From: Thermovirgaceae bacterium
GTDB taxonomy: Bacteria; Synergistota; Synergistia; Synergistales; Thermovirgaceae
NCBI GenBank assembly: GCA_046542505.1
Contig: JBKHBH010000048.1
Span: 1-14,467, forward strand
Direction: 5' to 3'
DNA length: 14,467 nt
Under the pieces are notes generated by a model. The model worked only from the letters and a program-made list of their open reading frames with translations. It did no database searches and was not told where the DNA came from. Each line of letters opens with the position of its first letter. The stretch's first letter is position 1. Shown here piece after piece: positions 1 through 5,190 of this stretch. The position numbers were made by a program, and so were the translations under genes.

Positions 1-295
1 CAAGTCCGCCGTTCACCGAGCCCATCCAGCGGTACATCATTTCGAAAAGGTCTTCCGCGACGCCCGAACGTTCAAGGACTGTGGCCATCAGGACAAAGAG
101 CGGCGCGGCCACGAGAGTCGTTGAGGACATCATGGAAAAGGTCCTGGCGACGACCATCAAGAGCGACTCGGGCCCCCAGAACACATATGCGAAAACAGTT
201 CCGAGCCCCCCGAGAACGAAGGCGACAGGAAGCCCCAGCGCCAGCAGGAGAAACATGCTCCCGAAAAGAAGAATTGAAATAAGTTCTATATCCAT
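1..295 (-). CDS. dctM: TRAP transporter large permease (DctM), N-terminal part; 3' end lies outside the window
   Basis: Not in the ORF track; translated by hand from ATG at 295: MDIELISILLFGSMFLLLALGLPVAFVLGGLGTVFAYVFWG...TLVAAPLFVLMATVLERSGVAEDLFEMMYRWMGSVNGGL. Has the DctM hallmarks 'GLPVAF', 'AxPLFVLM...LERSG.AEDL' and 'GGL'. SD GAGGTGA upstream; follows dctQ. Confidence 0.93.
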   Translation of the reverse strand, partial: MDIELISILLFGSMFLLLALGLPVAFVLGGLGTVFAYVFWGPESLLMVVARTFSMMSSTTLVAAPLFVLMATVLERSGVAEDLFEMMYRWMGSVNGGL

Positions 296-304
296 AAGAT
301 CACC

Positions 305-850
305 TCAGTTGTCCGCAGTGGCCCCGTCTTCTGTCCCAGGGAGAAGCTCTCGGCCGGTAAATGCCATGTGGAGGTCCTTGATGGTTTTCGTCATCCCCTG
401 GAGCAGGACCAGAAAGGCGGCGGCCGGGATGGTGAGCTTTACGGGCCAGACCGGCGGTCCCCAGGTGCTGTCGGTATATTCCTGCACCATCAGGCTCTCA
501 ACTGCCCAGGGGATGCTTTTCCAAAGCATGGTGCCCACAAAGGCATAGAACATTGTCCAGGTAAACAGGTCGACAATTGCCTTCGTCCTTGGTGAGAAGT
601 ATTGGTAAAAAATCTCAACATTGACGAAAGCATCCCAGCGCAGGGCATAAGCCCCACCCAGGACAAAGTGCGCCCCGTAAAACATGCAGGATGTTTCATG
701 AGCCCAGACTGTGGGCTTGTTGAAGGCGTACCGCATCACAACCTCGAATACCAGCACGAGCATGATAGGATAAACGAAAAATCCGACAATCTTGCCCACC
801 CAGTCGTTCAGATTGTTGACGAACTTGACAAATGAAATCACGAAATTCAA
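305..850 (-). CDS. dctQ: TRAP transporter small permease (DctQ)
   Basis: Four hydrophobic segments plus 'EVVMRYAFNKPTVWAHE', 'GGAYAL...VNVEIFY' and 'PPVWPVK', typical of DctQ. Start taken as TTG at 850 (GGGGTGAGG upstream); the ORF track uses GTG at 859. Confidence 0.9.
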   Translation of the reverse strand: MNFVISFVKFVNNLNDWVGKIVGFFVYPIMLVLVFEVVMRYAFNKPTVWAHETSCMFYGAHFVLGGAYALRWDAFVNVEIFYQYFSPRTKAIVDLFTWTMFYAFVGTMLWKSIPWAVESLMVQEYTDSTWGPPVWPVKLTIPAAAFLVLLQGMTKTIKDLHMAFTGRELLPGTEDGATADN

Positions 851-895
851 TCGCCTCACCCCATTGGAAGCCTGGTTTTACGATAAGAGCGGGTA

Positions 896-928
896 CCCCC
901 TCCCCATGTCTGAAAAAGGGGGAGGGGG
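896..928 (-). other. Intercistronic GC-rich stem-loop between dctP and dctQ
   Basis: Perfect 10-bp inverted repeat CCCCCTCCCC (896-905) / GGGGAGGGGG (919-928) with a 13-nt loop. No U-tract directly after it on the minus strand. Confidence 0.7.
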
Positions 929-961
929 CGATTCCCGGGTGTATCGCGTCTTTTAGGGAGA

Positions 962-2020
962 TCAATCGATGTATCCGTAGTCTTTCATGAACTGCTTGAT
1001 AATCTCTATGGCCTCGATGACCCGCTCGTCTTTTTTTCCCTGCTTTTCCGCGATATTGTCCAGATAGGGCAGGGTGAATTCGTCGGTTATTCTTTCTACG
1101 TCCTCATCGCTGAATTCGATGTAGGTGGTTTCCCATTCATCGAAGGATTTGTTGAACATCTCCCGTTCTTCCATGGTCACGGCGTCCATGTAATCCGTGT
1201 TGAAGGCGTGGGCCGCCGTTTCGACTATGGCCTGGAGATCTTCGGGCAATTCATCAAAGGCTTTCTTGGAGGCCCACAGTTCCATTCCCTGGGGAACCTG
1301 GAAGGCAGGGCCGATGAAATAGGGGCAGACTTCATAGAGCTTGAGGTCCCGATAGAGCCACCAGGCTGTGCCGCTGCCGTCAAGGGTCCCTGTGGCTATT
1401 GCCATGTAGGTCTCCGGGTGGGGCAGCATGACCGGGGCTGCTCCGAAGTGTTCGACAAAATCCGACATGGAGCCGAAGAACCGGACTTTGAAGCCCTTAA
1501 GGTCATCCAAAGACTTGATGGGTTCTTTGCTCCAGAAATAGGTATTCCCGACGCTATGGCTCCCGAGGAACTTGATGTCCCGTTCCGCCAGGGCTTCGCC
1601 TACCAGGTCGTCAATTCCGCGATGATGGAAAAGTTCATTGAACTCGTCGTTGGTACGGGTTACAAAGGGAGGCATGTTTGGTGCCGACACCCAGCCCATG
1701 GGGATGGACCCCCTGAAAAAGAGCGAGCTGGTATTAGCTATCTGGATCATGTTCGCCTGGAGCGCCTGATCCACTTCAGCATAATCAACCAGTTCTCCGG
1801 CGTAATGCAGACTGATTTTGAGCCTGCCGCCGGACATTTTTTCCACCCTTTCGATAAAGGGCTTGATGGCGCGTTCAACAGCAAGGGACCCGGGCGTGTG
1901 GTGGCTCTGGAATTTCCAGTTGTATACCTTGTCGCTTGCTGTGGCTGGTCCGTTCAGGGCGAACAGCGCCGCAAAGATGACCACTGCCAAGCCAACTGCG
2001 ATCAGATAGTTTCTCTTCAT
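962..2020 (-). CDS. dctP: TRAP transporter substrate-binding protein (DctP family)
   Basis: Signal peptide (MKRNYLIAVGLAVVIFAALFAL...ATA), 'VEKMSGGRLKISL', 'PIKSLDDLKGFKVR' with the conserved carboxylate-binding Arg, and 'ETYMAIATGTLDG'. SD AAGGAGG. Adjacent to dctQ and dctM. Confidence 0.93.
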   Translation of the reverse strand: MKRNYLIAVGLAVVIFAALFALNGPATASDKVYNWKFQSHHTPGSLAVERAIKPFIERVEKMSGGRLKISLHYAGELVDYAEVDQALQANMIQIANTSSLFFRGSIPMGWVSAPNMPPFVTRTNDEFNELFHHRGIDDLVGEALAERDIKFLGSHSVGNTYFWSKEPIKSLDDLKGFKVRFFGSMSDFVEHFGAAPVMLPHPETYMAIATGTLDGSGTAWWLYRDLKLYEVCPYFIGPAFQVPQGMELWASKKAFDELPEDLQAIVETAAHAFNTDYMDAVTMEEREMFNKSFDEWETTYIEFSDEDVERITDEFTLPYLDNIAEKQGKKDERVIEAIEIIKQFMKDYGYID

Positions 2021-2033
2021 GTGAAAAACCTCC

Positions 2034-2075
2034 TTATAGATAAAATCTGCACCGCGGAGTTACATTTTTCTTCAT
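2034..2075 (-). CDS. Candidate 13-aa upstream ORF / leader peptide MKKNVTPRCRFYL
   Basis: Minus strand reads GAGGTGATAC-ATG AAG AAA AAT GTA ACT CCG CGG TGC AGA TTT TAT CTA TAA-GGAGG. Its SD closely matches the dctM SD, and its stop codon is part of the dctP SD (TAAGGAGG). Confidence 0.4.
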   Translation of the reverse strand: MKKNVTPRCRFYL

Positions 2076-2231
2076 GTATCACCTCATTCTCCTGAAGAAT
2101 CACCTGACTGCCGGAGATGCATGGTTCACGGTTTTTCCGGGAAGGACCTCGGGGGAGTCCTTGGAGTTCAAGACGAAACAAGAAATCTTCCAAATATTGC
2201 CTCAGTTGATTTGTACTATGAATTGATCACT

Positions 2232-2260
2232 ATAGTAAATTCGACGCAGGTCTTCGTCAA
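2232..2260 (-). promoter_or_regulatory. Sigma70-type promoter of the dctPQM operon
   Basis: Minus strand TTGACG (2260-2255), 17 nt, TACTAT (2237-2232) in an AT-rich patch. Implies a 5' leader of about 205 nt. Confidence 0.7.
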
Positions 2261-2268
2261 CTGACGAA
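2253..2268. promoter_or_regulatory. Palindromic operator candidate overlapping the dctP -35 element
   Basis: Perfect 7-2-7 inverted repeat TTCGTCA-AC-TGACGAA. Confidence 0.45.
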
Positions 2269-2395
2269 TATTGCCATTTTAAAGGAACCGCTATGTTTCC
2301 CGTTGCAGCCAGGCTGTGTCGGTTTTTTGCGCCTGCAAGACAGTTTTTACGGCAATATCGGGTTTACAAGCCGCCCGAAAACGGTGTGTCAAAGC

Positions 2396-3592
2396 TCATC
2401 TGCTTCCGGACAAAAAATCCATGGCAAAAGAAGCGAGGAGAGCGACGCCGTCCTGAAGCACATTGTCATCAACATTAAACCTTGGGGAGTGGTGGGGGTT
2501 GTCCGTTCCCTTCGCCTTGTTCCCGCAACCGAGGAAAAAGAAAACTCCAGGAATCTTTTGCTGGTAATAACTGAAGTCTTCCGAAACCATGACCATCGGA
2601 GAAGCCTGGATCCTCTGTTCGCCAAGGGTCCGTTCCGCGGTCTCGATGAATTGTTGCGTGAGTTCACTGTCGTTTATGGCCGCAGGCGTGAATTTGGTGT
2701 ATTCCAGCTTTGCACGGCACCGGAGAGCTGAAGAGATTCCGTCGGAGATGCGCTGTATCATCCCGGGGAGCGCGTTCTGTATATCATTGTTGAAAGTTCT
2801 GGCTGTACCGACGATCTCGACCGAATCGGGGATGATGTTAAAAGCCGAACCCGTGACAAACTTCCCGACGCTTACAACGACGACTTCCTGAGGATTCACC
2901 TCGCGACTCACGATAGTCTGAAGGAGGTTGACAAAGGTTGACGCGGCGAGAGTAGGATCCACAGCGTCCTGAGGCATTGCCCCATGACCGCCTTTTCCGA
3001 AAAAACTCAACGTCCAACTGTCGCAGGAGGCCATAACAGGACCGGATCGTACCGCAACCAGGCCGGACTCAAGGGGGGACCAGATATGAAGGCCCGCAAT
3101 GGCATCGATTCCTTCAAGAGCTCCTTCCCGTATCATATGCTCGGCTCCGGAAACAAGGCCATATTCCTCCGCAGGCTGGAATATGAACCGGACTTTTCCG
3201 GGTAGTTCCTCTTTCATAGAGGCAAGGACCTTGGAGGCCCCAAGAAGGATGGCCATGTGAGAATCATGGCCGCATGCATGCATGACCCCTTCGTTTTTGG
3301 AAACGTAGGGCAGGTCGTTTTCTTCCTTGATCGCGAGGGCGTCCATGTCGGCCCTGAGGGCGATGGCCGGTCCTTTTTCACCGGCATTGAGATCGGCTGT
3401 AACACCGCACTCGGTTCCCCTGACACCGCGCCGGATATTCTCGAAGCCCCATTCCTTGAGGAGGCTTTCTATCTTCCTGCTGGTTTCGACCTCTTCCCAG
3501 GCGATCTCGGGACGGCTATGAAAAAAGTGCCGAAGGCCGATGACTTCTTCGTTGAATTTTGCCGCCAACGACGCGATCTTTTCCCTGGTCAT
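2396..3592 (-). CDS. M20D-family amidohydrolase (N-acyl-amino acid / hippurate hydrolase-like)
   Basis: Motifs 'ALRADMDAL', 'MHACGHDSH', 'FIFQPAEE', 'GLHIW', 'GKGGHGAMP', 'SEDFSYY' and 'PHHSPRFNVD'; 398 aa. Confidence 0.93.
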   Translation of the reverse strand: MTREKIASLAAKFNEEVIGLRHFFHSRPEIAWEEVETSRKIESLLKEWGFENIRRGVRGTECGVTADLNAGEKGPAIALRADMDALAIKEENDLPYVSKNEGVMHACGHDSHMAILLGASKVLASMKEELPGKVRFIFQPAEEYGLVSGAEHMIREGALEGIDAIAGLHIWSPLESGLVAVRSGPVMASCDSWTLSFFGKGGHGAMPQDAVDPTLAASTFVNLLQTIVSREVNPQEVVVVSVGKFVTGSAFNIIPDSVEIVGTARTFNNDIQNALPGMIQRISDGISSALRCRAKLEYTKFTPAAINDSELTQQFIETAERTLGEQRIQASPMVMVSEDFSYYQQKIPGVFFFLGCGNKAKGTDNPHHSPRFNVDDNVLQDGVALLASFAMDFLSGSR

Positions 3593-3661
3593 CTGAAAAC
3601 CCCACCCTCTACAGGAGTATGGCGCAAATCCCGCCTGAAGCAGCGTGCCGGTGACGACGGC

Positions 3662-3691
3662 AAAAAAGAAGGGACACCATGCCTATGATGT
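3662..3691 (-). terminator. Weak intrinsic-terminator-like hairpin in the amidohydrolase leader (possible attenuator)
   Basis: Minus-strand RNA ACAUCA-UAGGCA-UGGUGU (6 bp, one G-U) followed by CCCUUCUUUUUU, about 70 nt before the start codon. Confidence 0.3.
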
Positions 3692-3896
3692 ACGCAAGGC
3701 CGTTTCCTGCGCGGTGCACCACCGGGAGACGAGCTCGCGTGAATGAAAGAAGTATGTTCCCGTACGAACGAGAAAGAGATTCATCGGTACAAATTCCACG
3801 GACAAACCTGGAACGTCGATGATATCAACCGTTCTTCCTCATCCAACGCGTTTGCATCCTTGATCGCAAGAGCAGATCACTATAAGAATATGGGAA

Positions 3897-3925
3897 AGTA
3901 TACCATTTTGTGGACATATTTAAAA
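3897..3925 (-). promoter_or_regulatory. Extended -10 promoter candidate for the amidohydrolase
   Basis: Minus strand TG-G-TATACT (3905-3897) with an AT-rich -35 region (TTTTAA, 17 nt upstream). Confidence 0.5.
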
Positions 3926-3975
3926 TTCCAAAAATCCGGAAAAAGGATGGATCCAGACAGGAAATAATGAAAAGA

Positions 3976-4743
3976 CTAATTTTTTTTCGTAAGGAAATCG
4001 TCAATGAGTTTTCTGGCAATACTGATATCCGGTGGCAACTCCGGAAAGATGTCGGGCGTGTACCAGCCTGCATCCTCTATTTCTTCCCCGTCGACAGCGA
4101 TCTCCCCTGAATCCCATTCCGCTGTGAAGGCCACCATAAGCGAATGCGGGAAGGGCCATGGCTGGCTTCCGAAATAGCAAATGTTTTTGACCTTGAGGGA
4201 GACCTCTTCCATCGTTTCACGTTCAACGGCTTCCTCCAGGGTTTCGCCGGGTTCGACAAAACCGGCGATAACGCTGTACCGTCCTTTTGGAAAACGGGGG
4301 CTCCTCGCCAGAAGAATGCGCCCTTCCTTTTCGATGGCAACGATGATGGCGGGAGAAACAGGGGGGTGGCTGACGTTTCCGCAGGCCGGACATGCCCTTG
4401 CCGCTTCGTCCGGAAGGTCTTGCATGGAAGTCCCGCACCGTCCGCAATACCGGTTCGTTTGTGACCATTTCATAAGTTGGAAGGCCCTTCCGGCTTCGAT
4501 AAAAGTTTTTTCGCCCAGCATTCCGTAAACGTCCCTGAGGGTGATCAATACCATACCTTCGGGCAGTGTCGTCCCGGGAGCCAGCGAAACCCAGCGATTG
4601 CCAGGCCGGGTGGTTGATTCAAAGCGGTAACTGAAGTCCGAAAAGGGGATTTCCGAAATGTCGGCGGAGAAGGGAAGGGAGGTCTTGGGGCTGATCCTCA
4701 CAACAAGCATTTCCCCCTGGAATGCAAAGCAGGTTGTGTCCAT
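3976..4743 (-). CDS. nudC: NAD(H) diphosphatase NudC (Nudix hydrolase with zinc ribbon)
   Basis: Zinc ribbon 'RYCGRCG...CPACG', Nudix box 'GFVEPGETLEEAVERETMEEVS', NudC signature 'SQPWPFPHSLM' and 'SIARKLI'. Start moved to ATG 4743 (GGGAGAG upstream), giving 255 aa. Confidence 0.93.
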   Translation of the reverse strand: MDTTCFAFQGEMLVVRISPKTSLPFSADISEIPFSDFSYRFESTTRPGNRWVSLAPGTTLPEGMVLITLRDVYGMLGEKTFIEAGRAFQLMKWSQTNRYCGRCGTSMQDLPDEAARACPACGNVSHPPVSPAIIVAIEKEGRILLARSPRFPKGRYSVIAGFVEPGETLEEAVERETMEEVSLKVKNICYFGSQPWPFPHSLMVAFTAEWDSGEIAVDGEEIEDAGWYTPDIFPELPPDISIARKLIDDFLTKKN

Positions 4744-4905
4744 TTTCAGACGCTCTCCCATCTGTCTGTTGTCCCGGCGTAGAATGGTAGTATGATGGCC
4801 GGGTTCGTTGTGAAGTCCTTCTGAAACGGTTTTCGCAGCCTGGAAGGTACAGGCTGCCTGTTTCAAATGAGGGTTTCCGGTGAAATGCGGTGACGGGTTT
4901 CCATG

Positions 4906-4936
4906 AAAAAAGCGGAGGACATTAGTCCTCCGCTTT
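4906..4936 (-). terminator. Rho-independent terminator after tRNA-Glu (possibly bidirectional)
   Basis: AAAGCGGAGGAC-TAAT-GTCCTCCGC-TTTTTT on the minus strand, 10 nt after the tRNA CCA end. Confidence 0.9.
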
Positions 4937-4946
4937 CTGTATATTC

Positions 4947-5022
4947 TGGTAGCCCCAACGGGATTCGAACCCGTGTTACAGGACTGAGAACCCTGGGTCC
5001 TAGACCACTAGACGATGGGGCC
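4947..5022 (-). tRNA. tRNA-Glu (anticodon CTC)
   Basis: GGCCCCATCGTCTAGTGGTCTAGGACCCAGGGTT-CTC-AGTCCTGTAACACGGGTTCGAATCCCGTTGGGGCTACCA: full cloverleaf, 76 nt, encoded CCA. Confidence 0.97.
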
Positions 5023-5035
5023 ACGGTGAACGCTT

Positions 5036-5110
5036 TGGCTGGGGGACAGGGACTCGAACCCCGACTTCTTGATCCAGAGTCAAGCGTCCTGCCAATTAGA
5101 CGATCCCCCA
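5036..5110 (-). tRNA. tRNA-Gln (anticodon CTG)
   Basis: TGGGGGATCGTCTAATTGGCAGGACGCTTGACT-CTG-GATCAAGAAGTCGGGGTTCGAGTCCCTGTCCCCCAGCCA: full cloverleaf, U1-A72 pair typical of bacterial tRNA-Gln, encoded CCA. Confidence 0.97.
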
Positions 5111-5132
5111 AAGATAACGCCTCCAACCGGAA

Positions 5133-5171
5133 CGCGCGGGATATGATATCATGGCTTCCGCCATCGCGCAA
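5133..5171 (-). promoter_or_regulatory. Sigma70 promoter of the tRNA-Gln/Glu operon with GC-rich discriminator
   Basis: TTGCGC (5171-5166), 17 nt, TATCAT (5148-5143) with a TGn extension, followed by ATCCCGCGCG, as in stable-RNA promoters. Confidence 0.75.
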
Positions 5172-5190
5172 GAGGTTTGCTCAGTTGTTT

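Noticed and set aside
1208..2095. 295-aa plus-strand ORF, and similar long antisense ORFs (7890-8504, 8746-9477, 12317-13282, 13279-14259)
   Set aside because: Shadow frames opposite well-supported genes, with no recognisable motifs; expected in GC-rich coding DNA.
3608..3830. Chain of three tiny minus-strand ORFs in the amidohydrolase leader (15, 33 and 23 aa)
   Set aside because: Only the first has a weak SD and it uses TTG. No amino-acid-run signature; consistent with chance.
3743..3967. 74-aa plus-strand ORF in the amidohydrolase-nudC gap
   Set aside because: No SD, no motif, and it runs through the AT-rich minus-strand promoter.
4744..4866. N-terminal extension of NudC in the ORF track
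   Set aside because: An SD-supported ATG at 4743 gives a normal NudC length; the extension covers an intergenic hairpin.
4900..5110. Possible genomic-island integration at the tRNA 3' ends
   Set aside because: No integrase, no duplicated tRNA 3' fragment seen in the window, native terminator intact, and no obvious compositional shift.
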